64,000 nt of DNA, taken from a virus. Lineage: Duplodnaviria > Caudoviricetes. A program made the position numbers and the translations under genes. Shown here in pieces: positions 56,001-64,000 of the stretch; positions within the stretch are counted from its first letter, which is position 1; every line of letters starts with the position of its first letter. The stretch spans positions 17,764-81,763 of IMG/VR virus record IMGVR_UViG_3300032218_002273; one strand, 5' to 3'. Below the pieces are notes generated by a model, which searched no databases, was not told the origin of the DNA, and was given only the letters and a program-made list of their open reading frames with translations.

Positions 56001-56347
56001 ATTGTCAAACGGCTTCAAATCCTAGAGAAGTTTCATTAGCAACATACTCTAATAACATACTATGGCCTTTTATAAAAAGTTATTACGGATCAACAAATGG
56101 AGGATCTTTAACTATAAATTGTTTAGGATCTGCAAACGGAGATTCTGTTAGAGTTGTTATAGTAAACACAAGCACAACATCAAATGCAACAATAAATTTT
56201 ACAGATTCTACAGCAACAAGTGTTAGTTATATGTTTGGAAGTTCAAATACAATGACCTTTAATGCAACAGGTACAAAAAAAGTTATGTTTACTTTATATA
56301 GAACTAACGGACATATAAGTATAAGATCAGAAACATTAATTAACTAA
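53021..56347 (+). CDS. Fibre/receptor-binding protein with two LamG-like domains
   Basis: LLYHF..N, FTIEF, HHVAIVR, IDEFRVS twice; VGLGNV repeats. Confidence 0.8.
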   Translation: MTTKLLYHFNGNSLDYSGNDRHLSPIYGATITYPAGKFSNGMSGGQLINLAHNLSSIGTGNFTIEFFVKMEVDPNQTLQSGIFSLYYGQNNTGPLINMDFSTHAFDAERYIGISIFTQNGGSGSDYIILRNSDAAPYIGTGFHHVAIVRTSLTNIDAYIDGSKIGQITCPDTFAIVPGMITIGQRDVVQVIDEFRVSDIAIYTENFTVPDSEFVGTAVSFLAPTKLLYHFNDNANDSSGNALDLTVTGFPAYIEGKFNNGIRGFSSSNYVSKDFTPMQIRDILSDGLNFTIDFYAKANNSNTTVQHIIDIGSELSIGLFYNTSTGENGIKIQNSTTSFYNSDIVGINDSLFHHFALVRNNNNLKLFVDGKIIFQNTNFTTSLDLNNNLTMTIGNSSNKTAFGDAPFLGTLDELRISNMALFSTNFLAPRQEATIIPHRKVAQKTLGNKLLLELNYDAATYGYSAPLGSMALVSESNSIVGRLLHKKGTNDADWESHDISELQALLDSKLDLPTGNSTQYITGDGSLATFPSFGSSDKLITQVYNDTASTIGIFNVVYVDGGHGQLPTIALARANAESTSSKSFGVTYTSISAKSTGYVANAGVIVGLNTQDYQVGDSLWLSPSIAGGVTTTKPSAPNHMVFIGTVINRHPNNGVVDVKIQNGFEIQELHDVQIASIQDNQVLKYDAPNSLWKNETLVKSDVGLGNVPNVDATVASNITQDATHRFVTDTEKTTWNSKQNAIGFTTENSANKVTSLDNPNSTTYATTSAISTALSAKENTITGGTTSQYWRGDKSWQTLDKSAVGLGNVPNVDATVASNITQDSTHRFTTDTEKTTWNSKESAITSGTTSQYWRGDKSWQTLDKSAVGLGNVPNVDATVASNIVQDSTHRFVTDTEKTTWNSAIIPTDTSIASNDIDWTTGTTFYKTIAADTTLTFSNVTAGKYISVSITNSSPTLPYSVTFPNGILCEGASINGYIPPNSSRVFTFIKINTTIYCQTASNPREVSLATYSNNILWPFIKSYYGSTNGGSLTINCLGSANGDSVRVVIVNTSTTSNATINFTDSTATSVSYMFGSSNTMTFNATGTKKVMFTLYRTNGHISIRSETLIN
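55382..55720 (+). repeat. 189-bp near-identical intragenic duplication
   Basis: TACTGGAGAGGAGATAAATCATGGC at 55382 and 55571; partial third copy near 55120. Confidence 0.9.
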
Positions 56348-56361
56348 TACGGGAGTATAAA

Positions 56362-56793
56362 ATGAGTAAAAGTATAGGAACTGGACAAACAAATGCTTAT
56401 TATCCATCTTCTTTGGAAATATTTAACGTAACTATAGAAAATATTGTTGCAAAAAATGGGATATTATATTTTAAAGCTCCTAGAGATGTTACTATTAGTA
56501 CAGTATCGGTTCAATTATTTGAAAAAAAAGGTATAGTTTCTGGTATATTAGAAGTTGATATTAAAGCATCTTCAAACAAAACTCCAAATGCGAGTTTAAT
56601 GACTTCCGTATTCACTACAAAACCTAGTTTAGATTTTTCTTCATCCGGAGTTGTGGACTATTCTCAAACAACAAATCAAGCTTTAAGTCAAACTACTAAT
56701 AAAATAGCTACTGGAGATTTTCTTAGATTAGATATTACTTCTATTCCTTTAGGATTTAATGGAAGTATCCATGTGGTTGTACATGCAATGTAG
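56362..56793 (+). CDS. Virion-associated hypothetical protein
   Basis: Beta-rich, GD.LRLDI. Confidence 0.6.
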   Translation: MSKSIGTGQTNAYYPSSLEIFNVTIENIVAKNGILYFKAPRDVTISTVSVQLFEKKGIVSGILEVDIKASSNKTPNASLMTSVFTTKPSLDFSSSGVVDYSQTTNQALSQTTNKIATGDFLRLDITSIPLGFNGSIHVVVHAM

Positions 56794-56801
56794 GAAATAT
56801 T

Positions 56802-57626
56802 ATGCCATTTAAATTATCTTTATTGCCAAATCCTTCTAAAGATTTTACAACTATTATAGATTGGTCGGATAGTAATACCCACTACACTTCTTCTGCCTTG
56901 TTAAATTTAACAATTACATTCAATAATGCAGTAGATGGAGCTAGAATAACAGCTAAAATAGCTAATATTGGAACTTCCACAATGTCTATTACATGGCCTT
57001 TAGGTGTATTTGGAGCTGATACGTCTATTGCAGCAGGAACTACAAAAATCATCACACTTACTAAAATTAAAAATGCAACATATGCTACTTTAGAAAATAC
57101 ATGTAATACATCTAAAACCTTCACTACTTCTGGAACATTTACAGTTCCAACAGGAGTTACAAAAGCTATTATCTATATAACTCCATCTACTGGAGGAGGA
57201 GCTTCTGCAACAAATCCCACAACCTATCCAAATGTAGGAATTAGCGGAGGTGGAGGAGGTTATGCAGCTAATACAACTCAACAAATATCCGTCACACCAG
57301 GTTTAACTTATGCTGTAAATGTAGGTGCGGCAGGAACCGCAGGATCTAGTTCTAATGGTGGAAATGGCGGAACTACTACTATAACTCAAGGAGCTTCAAC
57401 TTTAGTATCTGTTGCTGGAGGTCAAGGAGGTCTTATGAATGGGCAAGCAGGGTTATTAGGAGGATCTGGCATTAATGGCGGAGTAAATCCTTTTAGAACT
57501 TCTAGTATTGGAGGGACTGGAGGCACTCCTGGTTATTGGTGGCATAGTCCTATTGGCAATTATTTGTTTCCAGGAACTGCCCCAACAGCAGGAACTGCAG
57601 CAATTGTAACAGTGCAATTTATATAG
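56802..57626 (+). CDS. Glycine-rich tail protein, paralog 1
   Basis: IDWS domain plus FTTSGTFTVPTGV..GGG. Confidence 0.75.
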   Translation: MPFKLSLLPNPSKDFTTIIDWSDSNTHYTSSALLNLTITFNNAVDGARITAKIANIGTSTMSITWPLGVFGADTSIAAGTTKIITLTKIKNATYATLENTCNTSKTFTTSGTFTVPTGVTKAIIYITPSTGGGASATNPTTYPNVGISGGGGGYAANTTQQISVTPGLTYAVNVGAAGTAGSSSNGGNGGTTTITQGASTLVSVAGGQGGLMNGQAGLLGGSGINGGVNPFRTSSIGGTGGTPGYWWHSPIGNYLFPGTAPTAGTAAIVTVQFI

Positions 57627-57634
57627 GAATAGAT

Positions 57635-58537
57635 ATGTCAGTAAAATATAAATTAAATTCAGATCCTAGCGTTACTTTTACCACTAATATAGATTGGTCA
57701 TTAGGGGATGTTTTTATAGCAGATATTGACTCTAACCCTACATTAACATTTTCTAATGACACAGATGGTAATAAAATTATAATTAAATTAGCCAACACTT
57801 CTGCGACCGTTGCTAGAACAGTAACATGGCCTACTAATGTTGTTATATTAACTGCAGATAAAGACCTTGCGGCTGGATATACAAAAATATTTAGCTTAGT
57901 AAAAGTCGGTAATACTGTATATGCGACTTTAGATTTTTCAGCTACTTCTAAATTAGTTTATAATACTGCAGGTACTTATTCAATTACTATTCCAGCAGGA
58001 AATACAAAAATGCAAGCTTTTATAATACCTGCTTGTGGTGGCGGCGGAGGTGGCGGAGGAACTGCTGCAAATGGTGCAGGCGGCGGCGGTGGAGGATATG
58101 GTCAACAAGTATCAATCACTACACAAGTAAATGTAAATGATCAATTTACAATAATTGTTGGAGCCGGAGGAAGTAAAGGAGATGGAGGAAATTATAATGA
58201 TGTTGGAGGTTCTGGATCAAACGGAGGTTTAACTTCTATAAAAAAGAACATTGATAATTCTATTATACTATCAGCTTCAGGAGGATTAGGAGGAGGGGGA
58301 GGAGGACTTCCAGAAGATAATCCTGCACAAGGAGGCGCTGGAGGACAATTAGGAGGGCAGGATGGTAAAAGTAGAACGGGAGGTTGGTATGATGATTGTT
58401 ATGGGGGTACAGGAGGAATAAATCCTGACTATAATGATAGCCGAGGTGGTAATGGAGGAGCTTCAAATCACGGATCTCCGGCTCAAAGTGGAACCAAGGG
58501 AACAGACGCTATAGTAATAATAAATTTAATACCTTAA
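57635..58537 (+). CDS. Glycine-rich tail protein, paralog 2
   Basis: Same architecture. Confidence 0.75.
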   Translation: MSVKYKLNSDPSVTFTTNIDWSLGDVFIADIDSNPTLTFSNDTDGNKIIIKLANTSATVARTVTWPTNVVILTADKDLAAGYTKIFSLVKVGNTVYATLDFSATSKLVYNTAGTYSITIPAGNTKMQAFIIPACGGGGGGGGTAANGAGGGGGGYGQQVSITTQVNVNDQFTIIVGAGGSKGDGGNYNDVGGSGSNGGLTSIKKNIDNSIILSASGGLGGGGGGLPEDNPAQGGAGGQLGGQDGKSRTGGWYDDCYGGTGGINPDYNDSRGGNGGASNHGSPAQSGTKGTDAIVIINLIP

Positions 58538-58546
58538 GGAAATAAC

Positions 58547-59473
58547 ATGGCAACAAAAATAATAACATTATCTTACCCTTCTTTAAGTTTTACAAATAAT
58601 ATAGATTGGTCGCAAGGAAAAGTATTTGAAACAAGAGTAACTAAAAATTTAAGTATAAATTTTACAAAAGATACAGACGGTAAAAGAATTATAATTAGTT
58701 TAACAAATATAACTCCAATACCAATTACAATAACTTGGCCTTCTAATGTGACAGGATCTAATATAACATCACTAGAAGCTAATCAAACGGCTACTTATAG
58801 TTTAACAAAAATTGGAACTTTAATATATGCCAGTAAGGAATCTTCAACTCCGTATGCAGCAGTTTTTACTTCTAGCGGAACTTTGACAATTCCATCAGGA
58901 GTAACAACTATTTACGTAGACGTAATTCCTTCATCTGGTGGCGGCGGCGGTGGCGGAGGATATGTTACAGTAGGCTCTCAAAAATTTGGAGGCAGCGGCG
59001 GCGGCGGTGGAGGATATGCTACTATATCAACTAGACAAAGTATAAATGTAAATCCTACTGAAGTTTATAATGTAAATATAGGAGCAGCAGGAGCAGCAGG
59101 AACTGCAGGAGTTAGTGGAGCAACTCCCACTAACGGCGGAGATGGCGGAAACGGAGGAACTACTACAATAATAAAAGTTGGAGATACTTTACCAAAATTA
59201 TCTGTATTAGGAGGAAATGGAGGAAAGGGCGGTATTAGCGGTGTAGGTCTTGTATATCCATTAAATGGAGGTGTTGGTGGAGAACTCGGAGGAAATCAAG
59301 GAGGAACTAGGTACTCAGACATGTCTGGAGGACTTGGAGGAATAGGCGGAGCTAATCCAGATTATAGTTTATCCAAAGGTGGAAACGGAGGTAGTGGAGG
59401 ATCAAATGCTCAAGGAGTAGCATTAGCTGGTAGTGTAGGAACATCTGCAATTGTTTTAATTAGTTATGCATAG
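58547..59473 (+). CDS. Glycine-rich tail protein, paralog 3
   Basis: Same architecture. Confidence 0.75.
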   Translation: MATKIITLSYPSLSFTNNIDWSQGKVFETRVTKNLSINFTKDTDGKRIIISLTNITPIPITITWPSNVTGSNITSLEANQTATYSLTKIGTLIYASKESSTPYAAVFTSSGTLTIPSGVTTIYVDVIPSSGGGGGGGGYVTVGSQKFGGSGGGGGGYATISTRQSINVNPTEVYNVNIGAAGAAGTAGVSGATPTNGGDGGNGGTTTIIKVGDTLPKLSVLGGNGGKGGISGVGLVYPLNGGVGGELGGNQGGTRYSDMSGGLGGIGGANPDYSLSKGGNGGSGGSNAQGVALAGSVGTSAIVLISYA

Positions 59474-59481
59474 GAGAATAT

Positions 59482-59898
59482 ATGTTAGAGTTAATTTGTA
59501 CATTAAGAGCTTCACAATTATTTTTACATCAAGCACACCTATTAGTTAAAGGCGCTGTATTTTTACAAGATCACGAATTTCTTGGCAGTTTATATTCTGA
59601 ATTGGAAGGAGAGTTTGATTCTGTATCTGAGCGTTTAATTGGACTTGGAGGACAAGATCAATTAAATCTTCAAGCTGTAATGGCAAAAGTAAATGAGAAA
59701 TTAAAGTCATGTCCGTCTACAGGCACAAAAGAAAATAAAGAATTTTTTAAATATCAATTAGAATTTGAAAAATCTATTTGCTCTCAAGTTGAAGCTTTAT
59801 GTAAAGCAGGAGCATCTCAAGGTACAATTCAACTTTTAGGCGATGTAGCTAATAAATCTGAAATGAGACAATATAAACTTAAGCAAAGAGTAGCATAA
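59482..59898 (+). CDS. Dps-like ferritin-fold protein
   Basis: H..H..V.G..F..DH..L..LY......D...ER..GLG. Confidence 0.8.
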   Translation: MLELICTLRASQLFLHQAHLLVKGAVFLQDHEFLGSLYSELEGEFDSVSERLIGLGGQDQLNLQAVMAKVNEKLKSCPSTGTKENKEFFKYQLEFEKSICSQVEALCKAGASQGTIQLLGDVANKSEMRQYKLKQRVA

Positions 59899-60080
59899 TG
59901 CCTTATAAATCTAAAGCACAAGAAAGATTAATAAAAGCTGCAGCGCATAATCCAGAATTTGCAAAAAAAGTAGGGTTTGAACATGAGGCAGCTAAGAAAT
60001 TTATGAAAGACGCAGAAGGTGAACCTAAACCTAAGAAAGAAAGATTCACTAAATTAAAAGATAAAATTTTTAAAAACTAA
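59898..60080 (+). CDS. Small basic conserved phage protein
   Basis: MPYKSKAQ.R...AAAHNPEFAKKVG. Confidence 0.7.
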   Translation: MPYKSKAQERLIKAAAHNPEFAKKVGFEHEAAKKFMKDAEGEPKPKKERFTKLKDKIFKN

Positions 60081-60114
60081 TACTTTGCGTTATAATTAAC
60101 TCTAAGTTTCAGAT

Positions 60115-60124
60115 TTAACAACTA
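60115..60124 (+). promoter_or_regulatory. Late-promoter-like motif
   Basis: TTAACAACTA before ATG 60141. Confidence 0.75.
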
Positions 60125-60140
60125 TTTAGAGAGAGAATTT

Positions 60141-60638
60141 ATGGCGCAACGTGGATCAAAAGTAAATATAGTTGAGTATATTAAGCAATCCGGGGTTGTG
60201 TTCAAGGAAGTATCCGTCTCTGGGGAAACCGTATTACGGATAGTCATAGAAAATGCAGGGGCTTCAAACACAATAGAAGTTCGTGGAAAGATCTATGGAC
60301 AAAAAGATTATATACTAATAGATAGTGTTAATGGAAATGGAACAAAAGATTTTAATGTTGAATTATATGATTATGTGCTTATTGATTGCACCCATTATGA
60401 TTCGCCTATAAATTATCTAAAAGTTATTGCAAGTTCTTTTTCAAATGCTACTGTGAGTGCTATAAACGGAGGAACTTCTAGTACAGTAACTTGGGATGAA
60501 ATAAATACAACATTTCCTTCTCCTGTAACTGAACTGTATACGTATAAATATAAATCTAATACAGTACAGACTGTATTAGTTACTTATGACAGTACTATGA
60601 AGAAAACCATAGTATCTTTACAAAAAACGAGGTTCTAA
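60141..60638 (+). CDS. Virion-associated hypothetical protein
   Basis: Beta-rich, late motif upstream. Confidence 0.6.
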   Translation: MAQRGSKVNIVEYIKQSGVVFKEVSVSGETVLRIVIENAGASNTIEVRGKIYGQKDYILIDSVNGNGTKDFNVELYDYVLIDCTHYDSPINYLKVIASSFSNATVSAINGGTSSTVTWDEINTTFPSPVTELYTYKYKSNTVQTVLVTYDSTMKKTIVSLQKTRF

Positions 60639-60826
60639 TGCCGTGGCGTTTTGATCCCATTGCTGAAGATATTGTATGGACAGTAGAGACTAGTACTTTA
60701 TTAGAAAATGCAGCTATAGATTTAGGAAGCGCTATTGATAGCGATCTAAGTATTGACACTGGATCTAGATCTAATGATAGTTCAGTAATAGATCAAGGAT
60801 TAAGGGTAATAGATGGCAGTATTTAA
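60638..60826 (+). CDS. Small acidic protein
   Basis: TAATG coupling. Confidence 0.55.
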   Translation: MPWRFDPIAEDIVWTVETSTLLENAAIDLGSAIDSDLSIDTGSRSNDSSVIDQGLRVIDGSI

Positions 60827-61445
60827 AGCGCCGAGAATTACTACCGCTCAAAGAGAGGCTTTGCTCCTTGAAGCAAGTGAGATTGTATATGATACAGACA
60901 AGAGTAATTTCTACGGGGGAAACGGAACTCTAATAGGCGGTTTTCCTTTAGGAAGTGGCTATTTCAACTCTGAAAAATATATAGTAGAGCAGATTGTTTT
61001 AACAACTGATGATATCAATAACAAAAATGTAAAACTATTAAATGCGCCAATAGATCCTCAATATGTAACTCTTACCATAAAACATGGCATAAGTCAAATA
61101 AATGGTGAGGATTTCATAGTGACTGATGATTTATTGAGTTGGAACGGTTTGGGGTTAGATGGGTTTTTAGAAGCTGGAGATGTGTTGATTATAGAATATT
61201 CTTTAATACAACAATCTGGTATCACTATTCAAACCATAACTTTAAACTCACAGCATATAGCAAATAAGTACGTCACTCTTTTAAATGCTCCTGTTAATCC
61301 TAGCTCGGTAACATTAGATATAAAAGGAGGGATTTCTCAATTATTTGGAGAAGACTTTTTTGTTATGGGAGATATGTTAACTTGGAATACTTTAGGATTA
61401 GATGGATTTCTAGAAGTTGGCGATGTATTAATTATAGAATTTTAA
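60813..61445 (+). CDS. Protein with an internally duplicated ~75-aa domain
   Basis: NK.V.LLNAP..P..VTL.IK.GISQ..GEDF....L.WN.LGLDGFLE.GDVLIIE twice. Confidence 0.7.
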   Translation: MAVFKAPRITTAQREALLLEASEIVYDTDKSNFYGGNGTLIGGFPLGSGYFNSEKYIVEQIVLTTDDINNKNVKLLNAPIDPQYVTLTIKHGISQINGEDFIVTDDLLSWNGLGLDGFLEAGDVLIIEYSLIQQSGITIQTITLNSQHIANKYVTLLNAPVNPSSVTLDIKGGISQLFGEDFFVMGDMLTWNTLGLDGFLEVGDVLIIEF

Positions 61446-61490
61446 AAACAACAGATGCTCTATAACAGAGCATTAACTAAGGGGGATTAA

Positions 61491-64000
61491 ATGGCTCAAC
61501 AAATTTCTAAAAAATTTCTTGGCGATCAACAGGTTGATGGTTCCAAGATTAAACTCGAACAAGGTCAATCTATCAAAGCCGTTGATAATAACGGTCAAGA
61601 GGTAGAGCTTATTAAGATTAGCTCTATTAATGGAGACATTACTCTTAATGGAGTTAAGCCTGCATCTGCATCAAATTTAAGCACTGTTCAATCAGATGTA
61701 TCTACTGCAAAAAGTGATATTTCTACATTGAAGTCAGATGTATCTACTGCAAAAAGTGACATTACTACATTAAAATCCGATGTAGCTACCGACAAGAGTG
61801 ATATCTCTACTTTAAAATCAGATGTATCTACAGCTAAAAGTGATATCTCTACTTTAAAATCAGATGTATCCACAGCTAAAACAGATATTTCTAATTTAAA
61901 ATCAGATGTTTTAGTTGCTGAATCTAGTATTGTTAATTTACAAAGTGATGTAAATACTCTTAACTCTGATATGTTAAGTGCTCAGTCTGATATTTCTACA
62001 TTGAAGTCAGATGTATCAACAGCTAAATCTGATATTGTTACTTTAAAGTCGGATGTATCAACAGCTAAATCTGATATTGTTACTTTAAAATCGGATGTAT
62101 CCACTGCTAAAAGTGACATATCAACAGCTAAATCTGATATTGTTACTTTAAAATCGGATGTATCCACTGCTAAATCTAATATTTCACAATTGCAAACAGA
62201 TGTTGCTGCAAAAATCTCATCTTCTCAGAAAGGTTCTGCTAATGGCGTAGCAGAATTAGATTCAAATGGTAAAGTTCCTACAGCTCAATTACCGGCATCA
62301 ATTGTTGGAGCATTAAAATATAAAGGAACTCTTGATGCTTCGTTGGGAGTTTATCCTTCAAATCCAGCACAGGGAGACTACTATGTTATTTCGGTAGCAG
62401 GTTCTATTTCTGGACATGCTTATCATGTTGGAGATTGGGCAGTATATGATGGAGTTGCTTGGGATGATATTGATAACTCTCAAACAGTAACTTCGGTAAA
62501 TTCTAAAGTTGGAGCAGTTGTATTAAAATCTGACGATATTGCAGAAGGTACTGTAAATAAATATTTTACAGATGTTAGAGCTTCTGCCGCTGCACCGGTT
62601 CAAAGTGTTGCAGGAAAATCAGGAGTTGTAGTTCTTGCTAAAGCTGATGTAGGATTAGGAAATGTAGATAATACATCTGATGCAAGTAAGCCAATTTCAA
62701 CTGCAGTGCAAACTGCTTTAGATTTAAAACAAAACAGCCTTGGTACCGGCACAAATTCTCAATTCCTTAGAGGAGATTTATCTTGGGCAACTATTAGTGC
62801 AAGCAAAGGCACAAGAATATTTACTGTAGGTATTGATGCAAATACAATCGCTGGATGTATTGCTTTATGTACAAGCCCTTCTGCAACAAACAATTATATT
62901 ATTGAAATTCCTCCAGGAAGCTATACAGAAGATTTAACAATACCAGGCAATGTTCATTTAAAAGGAATGGCAAGCCCTGGAGATACCCTATCTGTAAAAA
63001 TTATAGGACAACACACTGTCACTGGAACAAGCAATAATGCTCTAAACAATAGAGTAGTAATTGCAAACATCCTGTTTACAAGTTCACACGCAACTACACC
63101 AATTTTAACTGTTAGCGGAACTCTTGCTACGACACAAGTTCAAATTAGTGGATCATTCTTTACTCAAACTGCAACTCAATCAACATCAAAAACTATTAGC
63201 ATTGGTGCTTTTGGTTCAGTTTATTTGAATGCTACTCTTATTAGAAACGCAGGATCAGGAGCAGGAGGTACTGCTATTGTAATGTCTGCTGCAGGAGCAC
63301 AACTTTATTCTCAATTTGGATTGGATATCGATGGAGGCTCATGTGCATTAGATATGCAAGCTGCTGGGTATGCTCAAATTATTGGTGGTATTATTGCTAC
63401 TCAAGGTTCTCAAGTTATTAAAATTGCAGCAAGCGGTTCAGTAGGTATTGGTAGTACAACAATTACTAACAATGCAACAGTTGGTCACGGAGTTAACATG
63501 GTTGGGGCTGGAGCAAGCTTTCTTGCAGCTCACTCAACATTTAATGTTCTTAACGATGCATCTACTTATGCTGTTACGGGAGTTGCTGGAACTTATTATT
63601 CATTCTTCTCAATTAATTATGGAAGTCTTGCTGCTCTTGGTGTTGTAAGAAACACTAAAATTGGAGCAAGTGTAACTCAAACTCGTTATAGCGGTTCATT
63701 AGCATCTGCGGATCTTAGTGATTTTTCTTCTGCAGCACAGTCTGCCGTAGTTGTAAATGCTATTAACTCTGGAGTAACTGCAACAGCTCCATCACAAGCT
63801 GCGGTATATACAGCTCTTGGTAATAGACTAGCTACTGCAGGCGGTACAATGTCTGGTGCTATTGCTATGGGTAGCAACAAAATTACTGGATTAGCTGCTG
63901 GATCAGCAAATGGTGATGCTGTAAGATATGAACAAGTTCTTTTACTCGCAGGCGGTACAATGTCTGGTGCTATTGCTATGGGTAGCAATAAGATTACCGG
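61491..64000 (+). CDS. Long trimeric fibre protein, runs off the window end (absent from ORF track)
   Basis: ATG 61491 after AAGGGGG; hand-read open frame: heptad coiled coil, KADVGLGNVDNTSD, GGTMSGAIAMGSNKITG repeats. Confidence 0.85.
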   Translation, partial: MAQQISKKFLGDQQVDGSKIKLEQGQSIKAVDNNGQEVELIKISSINGDITLNGVKPASASNLSTVQSDVSTAKSDISTLKSDVSTAKSDITTLKSDVATDKSDISTLKSDVSTAKSDISTLKSDVSTAKTDISNLKSDVLVAESSIVNLQSDVNTLNSDMLSAQSDISTLKSDVSTAKSDIVTLKSDVSTAKSDIVTLKSDVSTAKSDISTAKSDIVTLKSDVSTAKSNISQLQTDVAAKISSSQKGSANGVAELDSNGKVPTAQLPASIVGALKYKGTLDASLGVYPSNPAQGDYYVISVAGSISGHAYHVGDWAVYDGVAWDDIDNSQTVTSVNSKVGAVVLKSDDIAEGTVNKYFTDVRASAAAPVQSVAGKSGVVVLAKADVGLGNVDNTSDASKPISTAVQTALDLKQNSLGTGTNSQFLRGDLSWATISASKGTRIFTVGIDANTIAGCIALCTSPSATNNYIIEIPPGSYTEDLTIPGNVHLKGMASPGDTLSVKIIGQHTVTGTSNNALNNRVVIANILFTSSHATTPILTVSGTLATTQVQISGSFFTQTATQSTSKTISIGAFGSVYLNATLIRNAGSGAGGTAIVMSAAGAQLYSQFGLDIDGGSCALDMQAAGYAQIIGGIIATQGSQVIKIAASGSVGIGSTTITNNATVGHGVNMVGAGASFLAAHSTFNVLNDASTYAVTGVAGTYYSFFSINYGSLAALGVVRNTKIGASVTQTRYSGSLASADLSDFSSAAQSAVVVNAINSGVTATAPSQAAVYTALGNRLATAGGTMSGAIAMGSNKITGLAAGSANGDAVRYEQVLLLAGGTMSGAIAMGSNKIT
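61692..62190 (+). repeat. 21/42-bp repeats encoding SDVSTAK-SDISTLK heptads
   Basis: About two dozen consecutive heptads. Confidence 0.9.

Noticed and set aside
50730-62190. CRISPR array or diversity-generating retroelement
   Set aside because: The repeats are in-frame coding units without unique spacers. There is no reverse transcriptase and no adenine-specific TR/VR pair. The PD-(D/E)xK nuclease sits with Erf in the recombination module.
61688-63988. Short ORFs at 61688, 61982, 63448 and 63686
   Set aside because: Alternative frames of the long fibre ORF starting at 61491; no frameshift is needed.

Overview
This window is 64 kb of an AT-rich tailed dsDNA phage genome. I found no integrase, tRNA, rRNA or CRISPR array. 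It has four blocks. (1) 1-26.2 kb, minus strand: host-takeover and replication genes (DUF932, rIIA/rIIB, denV, Erf, PD-(D/E)xK nuclease, primase-helicase, family A polymerase, dNMP kinase), ending in envelope/protease genes. (2) 26.2-27.45 kb: a gene-free control region with a dense array of sigma-54-type boxes, IHF consensus sites, a G9 run and nested hairpins; this may be the genome end or origin. (3) 27.7-37.8 kb, minus strand: thyX, class II RNR, an HU-like gene and an M15 peptidase, interrupted by three plus-strand island genes. (4) 38.3-64 kb, plus strand: terminase, portal, scaffold, capsid, many fibre proteins and a Dps-like protein; the last fibre ORF runs off the window. The most notable non-gene signals are a 10-copy TTAACAACT late-promoter-like motif, the sigma-54/IHF array, a 3-copy early upstream element, and two distant copies of a non-coding hairpin with an identical 17-nt loop and compensatory stem changes (candidate new structured RNA). 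All protein calls come from motif recognition by eye, not from database searches.
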